Source of the DNA: a virus
Length of the DNA stretch: 37,920 nucleotides
Direction: 5' to 3' (one strand)
UHGV virus genome: UHGV-0126763
Made by a program: the position numbers and the translations under genes. The notes beneath the pieces are model-generated. The model worked only from the letters and a program-made list of their open reading frames with translations, did no database searches and was not told the DNA's origin. This document shows, in pieces, positions 1-7,504 of the stretch. The stretch's first letter is position 1; every line of letters begins with the position of its first letter.

Positions 1-49
1 TTCGGTATCAAGTGACAGACTCCAGTAAGCAGTAGTGTTTTTATCCATA

Positions 50-493
50 TCACTCTCCTTTGATGCGAATGCCAGCGGCGCGGATTGCAGCGATGACCTC
101 AGAAACTTTGTATGCCATTACCGTTTGGTAATCATCGTGAAAATCTGTTCGATGAAGCATGCTGCTACGTTCCGGGAGCAGTATTTCCCGCTCCTCCAGT
201 TCTGCTATGCGCTTTTTTGCTGTTTCCAGCTCATCCAGCAGCGCCAAGACGGTAGCCGGATTGGCTGCGGCGATGAATTCAGCATTGGCCTGCTGTTCCA
301 TTTGGAAATCTTCATCGAAACCGCTTTCAGGATGCGCTCCTTCAATTCTGCAAATGGGAAGATATCCAACAACTTCACGATGAATTAGCGCATCACCAGC
401 ATCAAATCTCTCCTCTCCATATTCGAGCGACCACACACCACACGTTGCTTTCTCCGCCGCTTCACGCAGCGCCTGTTTGTTGATGTTGCTCAT
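50..493 (-). CDS. Phage early-left protein, possibly Ead/Ea22-like
   Basis: 147-aa ORF at distal end of the minus-strand early operon; start overlaps stop of upstream ORF (ATGA-type overlap at 490-493); family name from memory only. Confidence 0.55.
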   Translation of the reverse strand: MSNINKQALREAAEKATCGVWSLEYGEERFDAGDALIHREVVGYLPICRIEGAHPESGFDEDFQMEQQANAEFIAAANPATVLALLDELETAKKRIAELEEREILLPERSSMLHRTDFHDDYQTVMAYKVSEVIAAIRAAGIRIKGE

Positions 494-1137
494 TGGGCGG
501 CCTCCTGGCGGTCGATTCGTTCAATTTCAGCCAGAATAAGTGCGCCAGCTTTCACCATGTCACGGCGTGGATTTGTCGGCTTCCACCATTCTGGTGTCCA
601 CGGCCAGTCAAATGGAATGCGGTTAAATGGATGGATGGCATTCAGTACGTAGCATGAGGATGCCCACAGTAACTGCGATTTGCTGTACTGGTCATCATGC
701 TCAGGCGTCCATCCCTCAGCTGATTGATGGCGTTGACGCTCTGCAATTACTGACTGAACGGCATTGGATAGCGATTTCACACCCTGCGCACGCACTTCAG
801 CCAGGAACGCATCGGTGGCTGGGGTGTCTGATTGCAGAGACTTTGCGCGATAGTCATTCCACCCTCTTGCATACATGGGATTAACTTGCACTCCATCTTT
901 TACGCAATATGCCTGCCCTCCACGGTTGATAACCTTGATTTCGCCCATAGCGCCAGACTTCAGCCCCGCATTCTCCGCTGCCAGCGCCGCGCACTTGGCC
1001 TCCGCTTCAGCAAATTTACGCACCAGATATTCAGCGTTTGTTTCGTTAACCTTTAAATCATTTGGGATGCATTTACCTTTAAGAAATCCATCCATCTCAA
1101 TTAGTGACATTTGTTTCATTTCTTCCCACTCCGCCAC
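490..1137 (-). CDS. Hypothetical phage early-left protein
   Basis: 215-aa ORF, Trp/Pro-rich C-terminal region, operon-coupled with flanking minus-strand genes. Confidence 0.6.
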   Translation of the reverse strand: MAEWEEMKQMSLIEMDGFLKGKCIPNDLKVNETNAEYLVRKFAEAEAKCAALAAENAGLKSGAMGEIKVINRGGQAYCVKDGVQVNPMYARGWNDYRAKSLQSDTPATDAFLAEVRAQGVKSLSNAVQSVIAERQRHQSAEGWTPEHDDQYSKSQLLWASSCYVLNAIHPFNRIPFDWPWTPEWWKPTNPRRDMVKAGALILAEIERIDRQEAAQ

Positions 1138-1280
1138 ATCGCATTCAGATATTTGTTTTGATTTACTGATGGAAAAGAATTTCTCTTAAGCAATTCCTCT
1201 CTCGATGGCATTGGCTTTACGCGTTGGCGAATAATCATTTCTGCCGGAAGAATGCCGGGATTGTATGCAAGTCCTCTCAT
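1116..1280 (-). CDS. Small hypothetical protein (54 aa), not in ORF track
   Basis: ATG at 1280 preceded by AAAGAGGAA 7 nt upstream on minus strand; stop overlaps start of 490..1137 ORF by 22 nt; hand-translated. Confidence 0.3.
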   Translation of the reverse strand: MRGLAYNPGILPAEMIIRQRVKPMPSREELLKRNSFPSVNQNKYLNAMWRSGKK

Positions 1281-1296
1281 GGTAAATTCCTCTTTG

Positions 1297-1611
1297 TTAA
1301 TTTATTCGTATGCCTGTTCTCTCTTCATCAAGTTTTTTTAGCTTGTATCGCATAGCTCTTACTGAATAAATTGAGCGGCAGGTTGCAATTGCTATTTCTT
1401 CTGCGGAGAACTTACCGAAAAGTGATACTTCGGCTCTTGTCCAGCGTCTTCCACGAAGTCGGCTAACAATGTCAGCGCCAATCCTTGTTGCTTTCGCCAT
1501 TACTGCTTTTTCAGTCCTTTCCAGTTTTTCAGCGATAACTTCAACTGGCATTGTCGCCGCTACTTCGCGCAAGAAATCGACTTCCCATTTCTCCCATGGA
1601 GTCTTTTTCAT
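1297..1611 (-). CDS. Hypothetical phage early protein, possibly DNA-binding
   Basis: 104-aa ORF with two internal repeats of a W-x-E/DFLRE-like motif; position in early-left operon. Confidence 0.55.
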   Translation of the reverse strand: MKKTPWEKWEVDFLREVAATMPVEVIAEKLERTEKAVMAKATRIGADIVSRLRGRRWTRAEVSLFGKFSAEEIAIATCRSIYSVRAMRYKLKKLDEERTGIRIN

Positions 1612-1622
1612 AGTCGATACCG

Positions 1623-2105
1623 TTATTTGATAAGAAGTGAAGGTTTCCCAACCTTGAGTTGAGCGCCTGGGATATTTATTCCTGCTTTTAGTTGGTGTTT
1701 GATTGCCAGTTTGTCGGCTTTAATTGTCGTTTCAAACTCAACGTATTCAGGAGGAAGGGCGCTTGAGTCGATGATTTCTACAGTTTCTGACGGTTTGCGG
1801 ATTGTTACCTGGTGAATACCTGCTCGAATCTTTTTCTTGCCAACCATTTCAAGCGATGACGCTATATATGATTTGATGCTGTCAATCTTATTTTGAATTA
1901 CTGCGGCTCGCTCATTTAGTGACTTTGCCTCTTCCTTGAGGCGTTCAGCATAACCAGATTCATTTTTAATAATGGCGAGAAGTTGCTCTATTTTATCGGT
2001 AAATTCTCCTTCCATGCCTTCTATTGTGTCAGCAATCATCTCTGTCTCTAAATCTGAATCCATCAATTTTGCGTATTCATTGGCTATTTCATATAGTTTG
2101 CTCAC
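1623..2105 (-). CDS. Gp157-family phage protein
   Basis: ORF-track frame 1623..2111 begins with TTG; GTG at 2105 has GGAGG 6 nt upstream; coiled-coil-like acidic N-terminus recalled as siphovirus Gp157 family; directly downstream of recT. Confidence 0.55.
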   Translation of the reverse strand: MSKLYEIANEYAKLMDSDLETEMIADTIEGMEGEFTDKIEQLLAIIKNESGYAERLKEEAKSLNERAAVIQNKIDSIKSYIASSLEMVGKKKIRAGIHQVTIRKPSETVEIIDSSALPPEYVEFETTIKADKLAIKHQLKAGINIPGAQLKVGKPSLLIK

Positions 2106-3000
2106 TGGCAACCTCCAGTTTCGCTTTGCATTCTATGTAAATGGCTTGTACGTTCTGCTGCAATTTCATTCCAGATGTCAGGCGATATGCTTCTGCAAAA
2201 TATCGCTTCAAATCATCCATCTTTTCTGCCTGAGCCATTTCATCACAAAGAAGTTGTGCTTTATCCGTTATTTCCTGCTGGCGTTTCCGTTCATCTTCGC
2301 GGATATCTTCCTCTGATTTGTACGGCATAACTGGTTCAGTCCATACACCTTCTTCTTCGTTTAGTACGTGAATAGCACTATCAAGACGTGATGCCTTAGG
2401 CCAATACTTGCTTGCACGCTTTACGACCGTCTTTCGCGCCATCTCATTCCAGTGATTTACCCATGGCCCTTTATCGCTGAATGCCGCCTTGCTTGTTTTC
2501 CTTACAGCCTCAATTTCAGCCAGACTCATCTCTTCCGTTAGATAATCACCTGCTGGCGTCTTAACTGTGCAGTAAACGCCAACGATATCACCACGATCAC
2601 CGAAGGCGTTGTATTTATGGGTTGGTGCTTTATCAAGCCCGTTTGACTCATAGGTATCGTTAGCATGAACAAGTTTTGCCTGACCCCATGAGATAACACC
2701 AGACTCCATTGCAATATGGAGCAATCCCATATAGCTGATATCAAGGCAAACCATGCCGTCGCGCGGAACCAGATAAGCCAGTTTGCTGGCCGGGTTTAAG
2801 GTGATGCCGATCGCCGCAACATTGATGATGGCGTTCTGTGCGCTGGTTGGATTTGCCAGTGCTGTTTTAGCCAGGTAATCATTTTTCTGGAAATACTGAA
2901 TTGCAAACTGGCTTTCCTTAGCCCATGTCACCGTCTGTTCAGTCAATGCTCCGCAGAATAACTGCTCCTGCTGTTTAACGAATTCAACGATATTGCTCAT
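2089..3000 (-). CDS. recT: RecT-family single-strand annealing recombinase
   Basis: 303 aa; GPWVNHWNEMARKTVVKRASKYWP segment matches the conserved RecT core as recalled from E. coli Rac RecT; ATG with GGAG RBS. Confidence 0.85.
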   Translation of the reverse strand: MSNIVEFVKQQEQLFCGALTEQTVTWAKESQFAIQYFQKNDYLAKTALANPTSAQNAIINVAAIGITLNPASKLAYLVPRDGMVCLDISYMGLLHIAMESGVISWGQAKLVHANDTYESNGLDKAPTHKYNAFGDRGDIVGVYCTVKTPAGDYLTEEMSLAEIEAVRKTSKAAFSDKGPWVNHWNEMARKTVVKRASKYWPKASRLDSAIHVLNEEEGVWTEPVMPYKSEEDIREDERKRQQEITDKAQLLCDEMAQAEKMDDLKRYFAEAYRLTSGMKLQQNVQAIYIECKAKLEVASEQTI

Positions 3001-3308
3001 GCAGCTTCTCCATAAATATGTCTGCGTTTGAATATTGCGAAGGCATATTCAGCCTTAACTCTTTCGGTTATTGCATCCCAGAACCATTCAGCGGCTTTTT
3101 CCTGATAGTCACAGTCATCATCTTCCAGCCAGTCGATAGCGTCCTTAGTGTGTTCATCTGGCTTATATGAGCGAAGCATTTCGCTTATTGGGTCGCAACG
3201 TTTGCAGAGGCGATCAACTTCACTGTTGATTCGTTCGTAATCATCATCGGTAAAACTTGCGATGATTTGCGATATTTCACGCTTATCATTCAGAGTCAGA
3301 ATCATCAT
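2997..3308 (-). CDS. Hypothetical phage early protein
   Basis: 103-aa acidic ORF, ATGATG start, stop overlaps recT start. Confidence 0.55.
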   Translation of the reverse strand: MMILTLNDKREISQIIASFTDDDYERINSEVDRLCKRCDPISEMLRSYKPDEHTKDAIDWLEDDDCDYQEKAAEWFWDAITERVKAEYAFAIFKRRHIYGEAA

Positions 3309-3393
3309 CTTTCTCCTGTTCTTTGTGCTGATTGAGCATTTCTTTCATCTGACGAATGAATTCTTCGTCTGACCAGTTATCTGTAAAACTCAT
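3286..3393 (-). CDS. Small hypothetical protein (35 aa), not in ORF track
   Basis: Hand translation MSFTDNWSDEEFIRQMKEMLNQHKEQEKDDDSDSE; stop overlaps ATGATG start of downstream gene; weak RBS. Confidence 0.3.
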   Translation of the reverse strand: MSFTDNWSDEEFIRQMKEMLNQHKEQEKDDDSDSE

Positions 3394-3624
3394 GGACGGC
3401 CTTGTTGTTTCAAAATATCCCAAAGCTTTTCGAGCAAACTTTTCATTCTTGGTTGTTTAAAGTCTGCTCCGGTTAAAATGTTTTTTCGTGAATGCTGCAC
3501 CGATAAAATCGGGTTGAAAGGGCGAACCGATGCCGCCCCTGCAATAGCGAACTGTTGCATAGGATGCTCCTTCTGTTTGATTGCATAACGAAAACGCCTC
3601 GAATGAAGCGTTATTGGTATGCAT

Positions 3625-3648
3625 ATAAAAAGGCCCTCACATTGGAGG
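3625..3648 (-). terminator. Intrinsic terminator-like hairpin in early-left operon (tL-like)
   Basis: Minus strand reads GCCCTC-caatgt-GAGGGCC followed by TTTTTATATGC. Confidence 0.45.
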
Positions 3649-3778
3649 GCAAAGAAGATTTCCAATAATCAGAACAAGTCGGCTCCTGTTTAGTTACGAG
3701 CGACATTGCTCCGTGTATTCACTCGTTGGAATGAATACACAGTGCAGTGTTTATTCTGTTGCTTATTCCAAAGCAAAT

Positions 3779-4021
3779 TTAACCATCAACAAACTCTTCT
3801 GGTAATTTATCAACCAGTTGATGACTTATTATCAGCCATTTGCCATCCTTCGTTTCGTATGCATATTTCTGGTCTTTTATCATCATGTGTTCGGCTACTG
3901 CCCTAACTGCCTGATCGGTGACATCTTCTCTCTTTCCTACCCACATTCCTTTTTCAGTGTTTAATGTTCCTTGAAAAATACGACCGCTTAATGGGCTTGC
4001 GCCCATAGTTTTTACTCTCAT
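3779..4021 (-). CDS. Hypothetical phage early protein
   Basis: 80-aa ORF immediately downstream of N; ATG with GAGAG RBS. Confidence 0.6.
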   Translation of the reverse strand: MRVKTMGASPLSGRIFQGTLNTEKGMWVGKREDVTDQAVRAVAEHMMIKDQKYAYETKDGKWLIISHQLVDKLPEEFVDG

Positions 4022-4031
4022 GTATCAGCTC

Positions 4032-4358
4032 TCAAATAAGTGGTTTGCTGCCTAATTTCATTTTCTGGCGACCAACACAAGTCACACCCATTTCACTGCG
4101 TGGCTTGCTGTACCATGTGCGCTGATTCTTGCGTTCAATACGTTGCAGGTTGCTTTCAATCTGTTCGTGGTATTCAGCCAGCACCGTAAGGTCTATCGGA
4201 TTCAGTGCGCTTTCTACTCGTGATTTCGGTTTGCGATTCAGCGAGAGAATAGGGCGGTTAACTGGTTTTGCGCTTACCCCAACCAACAGGGGATTTGCTG
4301 CTTTCCATTGAGCCTGTTTCTCTGCGCGACGTTCGCGGCGGCGTGTTTGTGCATCCAT
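4032..4358 (-). CDS. N: Antitermination protein N
   Basis: N-terminal arginine-rich motif MDAQTRRRERRAEKQAQWKAANPLL matches lambda N as recalled; AGGAG RBS; nutL lies immediately upstream. Confidence 0.9.
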   Translation of the reverse strand: MDAQTRRRERRAEKQAQWKAANPLLVGVSAKPVNRPILSLNRKPKSRVESALNPIDLTVLAEYHEQIESNLQRIERKNQRTWYSKPRSEMGVTCVGRQKMKLGSKPLI

Positions 4359-4556
4359 CTGGATTCTCCTGTCAGTTAGCTTTGGTGATTGGATGGCCGG
4401 CGCTGAACCCCGGCTTACTGGTTAGAGCGCCCGCACTACCAGTGACGCTGTCTTGAGGCGCAGATTGGTTACTGCTTGCCATGAGCGCTGTTTATACATT
4501 GGTCGAGCATCAGCCTGCTCATTCATCCAATCCCAAAGCCTTCTGCTTTGAATGCT

Positions 4557-4587
4557 GCCCTTCTTCAGGGCTTAATTTTTAAGAGCG
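4557..4587 (-). promoter_or_regulatory. nutL: nutL (boxA CGCTCTTA plus boxB GCCCTGAAGAAGGGC hairpin)
   Basis: Minus strand reads CGCTCTTAAAAATTAAGCCCTGAAGAAGGGC between the OL operators and N. Confidence 0.85.
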
Positions 4588-4631
4588 TCACCTTCATGGT
4601 GGTTAGTGCGTCCTGCTGATGGCTTAAAATA

Positions 4632-4712
4632 TACCTACAGGTAAAACCGTTGTCTATACCTGCAGGTAAATAAAATTGGTGTGAGAGTTTACCTGTTTGA
4701 ATTTTCAGGTAA
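4632..4712. promoter_or_regulatory. OL operator cluster (PL region)
   Basis: TACCTACAGGTA at 4632-4643, perfect palindrome TACCTGCAGGTA at 4657-4668, split half-sites TACCTG-N10-CAGGTA at 4690-4711; same motif family as the OR sites. Confidence 0.6.
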
Positions 4713-4730
4713 TTAATTTTTTGGATTGAT

Positions 4731-4754
4731 ATAAAAAAGCCCGCTTTGCGGGCT
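4731..4754 (-). terminator. Intrinsic terminator after the repressor operon
   Basis: Minus strand AGCCCGC-aaa-GCGGGCT stem-loop followed by TTTTTTAT, directly after the stop of the 4766..5062 gene. Confidence 0.7.
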
Positions 4755-4765
4755 GAAAGGAGATG

Positions 4766-5062
4766 TCAGAAGCTATTTGGATTGCTTGGCCATTGCGGCA
4801 ATTTTGATTCTACCGGGGTGTGTTTGGGTTTGAGTCCGTTTAAGTAGTCAAGACGCTCAATGGCGCATTTATACATAGCAATCTGATCTGATGACATGTC
4901 GTCATATGACATGCCTTTGAACTTCTTAATTATCGTTTCTGCCTCATGTATAAGATTCTTCTTCCTCATGAGTTCAGCTGTATGCTTAGAGCTTACAGGA
5001 GATAACTTTGCCCATATGAAGCAGATGATTACAACAGCGACTACTATGCCGGGTATAAACAT
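4766..5062 (-). CDS. Small membrane protein co-transcribed with repressor (rex-position moron)
   Basis: ORF-track frame 4766..5080 begins with TTG overlapping the cI stop; in-frame ATG at 5062 with GAGGA upstream gives MFIPGIVVAVVIICFIWAKL, a single N-terminal TM helix plus about 75-aa soluble domain. Confidence 0.6.
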   Translation of the reverse strand: MFIPGIVVAVVIICFIWAKLSPVSSKHTAELMRKKNLIHEAETIIKKFKGMSYDDMSSDQIAMYKCAIERLDYLNGLKPKHTPVESKLPQWPSNPNSF

Positions 5063-5076
5063 TTGCTGCTTTATCC

Positions 5077-5763
5077 TCAAACTTTTGGCAGATCGTCCTG
5101 GTCTACGTACCTGGTGTGTTTCACAATAGCTGAAACAAAATGCATTTTATCAACTTCTTCAACAGGAAGAGTGATTGGGCGGTGATCACTGTTTATGCTA
5201 CTAAACTGATAATCACCGTCTCTTGTTTTGTTCATGATCTTTATCATGTTGTGACCGTCTTTGGTCCTTACAAAGACTTCATCACCTGGATGTACTGGCG
5301 TATTTGGTTCAATAACAACATATTCTCCTGACTGAATCCTTGGCCACATGCTGTCACCCTTAACCTTCAGACCGTAAGCATCTTTATCGCCGCTGTAGAT
5401 GCTTAACCAACCGGATCTGAATTCAATCATATCCACTGAGCCATCAACTCCCAAAACGGCTTCACCAATTACCGGAACAAAACCCGCACGAACGTTACCC
5501 GCAAACTCAAGATGGTCCGTAGCTCCAGCTTTACCATCTGCAAGCATGTCCATCCATCCGCGTGGGAGATTAAAAGATTTTTCAATTAGTTCCATCATAT
5601 CGTCAGCAATGCGTTTTTTTCCGCTTTTTCCTTCCGGATACAGCATTCTGGAAACGTATGATGGTTCCCTTTCTATTCGACGAGCCAACTCTGAGGCCTT
5701 TCCATTACAGAATCGGTCTCTTATCTCTATCAGCCTTAGTCGTCTTTGTTCGTATTTATCCAT
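5077..5763 (-). CDS. cI: CI-like prophage repressor (HTH N-terminal domain, S24 LexA-like peptidase C-terminal domain)
   Basis: 228 aa; C-terminal GDSMWP serine motif and later Lys typical of S24 autoproteases; divergent from cro-like gene across the operator cluster; no SD before ATG, consistent with a leaderless PRM-type transcript. Confidence 0.85.
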   Translation of the reverse strand: MDKYEQRRLRLIEIRDRFCNGKASELARRIEREPSYVSRMLYPEGKSGKKRIADDMMELIEKSFNLPRGWMDMLADGKAGATDHLEFAGNVRAGFVPVIGEAVLGVDGSVDMIEFRSGWLSIYSGDKDAYGLKVKGDSMWPRIQSGEYVVIEPNTPVHPGDEVFVRTKDGHNMIKIMNKTRDGDYQFSSINSDHRPITLPVEEVDKMHFVSAIVKHTRYVDQDDLPKV

Positions 5764-5769
5764 GATTTA

Positions 5770-5797
5770 ATTCTATCTTTGATTACCTGCCGGTAAA
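5770..5797 (-). promoter_or_regulatory. Candidate PRM-like promoter for the repressor
   Basis: Minus strand TAGAAT -10 about 6 nt upstream of the cI ATG, weak TTTACC -35 overlapping the leftmost OR site; inferred by analogy to lambda PRM. Confidence 0.35.
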
Positions 5798-5835
5798 TAA
5801 CCTATGGGTATTGATTTGCTTTTTACCTACAGGTA
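5784..5835. promoter_or_regulatory. OR operator cluster (three sites)
   Basis: TACCTGCCGGTA 5784-5795, weaker AACCTATGGGTA 5799-5810, TACCTACAGGTA 5824-5835; tripartite arrangement between divergent cI and cro. Confidence 0.65.
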
Positions 5836-5839
5836 AACT
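5811..5839 (+). promoter_or_regulatory. Candidate PR promoter
   Basis: TTGATT -35 at 5811-5816, 17-nt spacer, TAAACT -10 at 5834-5839 overlapping the rightmost operator; 32 nt upstream of cro start. Confidence 0.45.
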
Positions 5840-5871
5840 CATCTTATTCAACAACGGGAAGGAGATAGCAA

Positions 5872-6102
5872 ATGGAAGAACTCCGCTTGTATCTGAACTC
5901 CCTTTCACTGGAAGAGCAGAGAGAATTTGCCACCAAGTGCGGAACTTCTATCGGCTATTTGAGGAAAGCACTTAGCCGTAATCATGAATTGGGCGCAGCA
6001 CTTTGTGTTCTGATTGAGAAGTTCAGCAATGGTGAAGTGACTCGCAAAGACCTTCATCCGGTTGATTGGGAAAGCATCTGGCCTGAATTAATGGCCGCTT
6101 AA
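5872..6102 (+). CDS. cro: Cro-like HTH regulator
   Basis: 76 aa, first gene rightward of OR, GGAG RBS 7 nt upstream. Confidence 0.65.
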   Translation: MEELRLYLNSLSLEEQREFATKCGTSIGYLRKALSRNHELGAALCVLIEKFSNGEVTRKDLHPVDWESIWPELMAA

Positions 6103-6110
6103 GTTATTAA

Positions 6111-6142
6111 CGCTCTTACACATCCCAGCCCTGAAAAAGGGC
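6111..6142 (+). promoter_or_regulatory. nutR: nutR (boxA CGCTCTTA plus boxB GCCCTGAAAAAGGGC)
   Basis: CGCTCTTA at 6111-6118 and hairpin GCCCTGAAAAAGGGC at 6128-6142, between cro and cII. Confidence 0.8.
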
Positions 6143-6218
6143 ATTACCAGAAACAAATCTCTATGGTTTTGCGTTTCTTTGCGAAGCCAACTCTATCTAA
6201 TCATTAAGGAAATTATCT

Positions 6219-6500
6219 ATGGGTACTATTGCAACTAAAAGCAAGAAAGCGGCTCGCATCGAGTCAGCCTTGCTGAACAAACTGGCACTGATGGGGCAGA
6301 AGACATTCGCTCGAGCAATGGGGGTTCCTGAATATCAGGTAAGCCGATGGAAGAATGGTTTCTTCTCGCAGGTAAGCATGATGCTGGCTGTTCTGGAATA
6401 CGGAATCGAAGACGATGAAATGGCTGAGCTGACTAAGCGGCTTGCCAATTACCTGACAAAAGAAAAAGCCCCGAAGAACGGCGAATTCTTCGAGGCCTGA
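6219..6500 (+). CDS. cII: CII-like transcriptional activator
   Basis: 93 aa; ARIESALLNK...SRWK...MLAVLE segment resembles lambda CII as recalled; AGGA RBS. Confidence 0.8.
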   Translation: MGTIATKSKKAARIESALLNKLALMGQKTFARAMGVPEYQVSRWKNGFFSQVSMMLAVLEYGIEDDEMAELTKRLANYLTKEKAPKNGEFFEA

Positions 6501-6534
6501 TGTAGAAAGACTGGATCAATCCACAGGAGTCATT

Positions 6535-6696
6535 ATGACAAAACGTCGTAAGAAATACCAGGAAAAAGAAGAGATTCGACACCCTGATTCACCTGAGGGA
6601 TTAGTGGTAGCCGCAGCAAATAACAGGGCGTTCGCAGAGCGCCTTGTTGGTGTTTACAGACTAGCCAAAGCAGGAGTGAAACATGGGCGTCGTTAA
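6535..6696 (+). CDS. Small basic hypothetical protein (53 aa), not in ORF track
   Basis: ATG at 6535 preceded by AGGAGT; hand translation [53 protein letters not shown]; stop overlaps the O-like gene start. Confidence 0.35.
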   Translation: MTKRRKKYQEKEEIRHPDSPEGLVVAAANNRAFAERLVGVYRLAKAGVKHGRR

Positions 6697-7504
6697 GTTA
6701 GCTGATTACAGGCCTCAACTGGAGGTCGTGGAGCATCGCGTGGCAGATACCGAAGATGGTTTCATGCGCGTTGCTAACGAGATTACCGACAGTCTGCTGA
6801 TGGCTGATTTAACCGTCCGGCAGTTGAAGGTGATGCTCGCTATCATGCGCAAGACATACGGATTCAATAAGCCGATGGATCGACTCACAAACACGCAGAT
6901 AGCAGCCATGACAGGTATTCATCACACTCATGTTTGCGCTGCCAAGCGCCAGCTTATTGAGCGTAAATTCCTCATTGCTGATGGCGTGAAAATCGGAGTG
7001 AACAAGGTGGTTTCGCAGTGGATTAGCCAGGACAGCTTAACATTAGCTAAAACAGCTAATAAAACATTAGCCAAGTCAGCTAATGGGTATAAGCCAAGTC
7101 AGCTAAACACAAAAGACAATATACAAAAGACAATAAATACAAATACCCCCTTACCCCCTAACGGGGGCGGCGATGGGCAGGTTAAACCTGAACGTCGCAA
7201 GGCAGAACGAATCGACTACGAATCCTTCCTGAACGCCTACAACACCGAAGTCGGTGACAGACTTCCACATGCTGTTGCGGTCAACGAGAAACGCAAACGT
7301 CGCCTGAAGAAAATCATTCCGCAACTGAAAACGCCAAACGTGGACGGTTTCAGAGCGTATGTCAGGGCGTTTGTGCATCAGGCCAAGCCGTTTTACTTCG
7401 GAGACAACGACACGGGCTGGACGGCAGATTTTGATTACCTGCTGAGGGAAGACTCGTTAACGGGAGTTCGGGAAGGGAAGTTTGCAGACAGGGGGATTGC
7501 ATGA
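6683..7504 (+). CDS. Replication initiator, O-like (P22 gene 18-like)
   Basis: 273 aa, AGGAG RBS, origin-like iterons embedded mid-gene, followed by helicase gene with ATGA overlap. Confidence 0.8.
   Translation: MGVVKLADYRPQLEVVEHRVADTEDGFMRVANEITDSLLMADLTVRQLKVMLAIMRKTYGFNKPMDRLTNTQIAAMTGIHHTHVCAAKRQLIERKFLIADGVKIGVNKVVSQWISQDSLTLAKTANKTLAKSANGYKPSQLNTKDNIQKTINTNTPLPPNGGGDGQVKPERRKAERIDYESFLNAYNTEVGDRLPHAVAVNEKRKRRLKKIIPQLKTPNVDGFRAYVRAFVHQAKPFYFGDNDTGWTADFDYLLREDSLTGVREGKFADRGIA
7040..7140. repeat. Candidate replication origin: iterons plus AT-rich tract inside the O-like gene
   Basis: GCCAAGTCAGCTAA occurs twice (7070-7083, 7092-7105) with related TTAGCTAAAA/CAGCTAAT units, then A-rich tract with AAAAGACAATA twice. 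Confidence 0.5.

Noticed and set aside
3390-3665. ORF-track 91-aa minus-strand ORF
   Set aside because: Starts with TTG (no ATG), contains a terminator-like hairpin with U-tract in its 5' part, and composition is not convincing; treated as non-coding spacer. The small ATG-initiated ORF 3286..3393 is kept as low-confidence.
4600-5850. Possible CRISPR-like repeats (recurring TACCTnnAGGTA units)
   Set aside because: Repeats are short palindromes at irregular spacing flanking a repressor gene; they are operator sites, not a CRISPR array.
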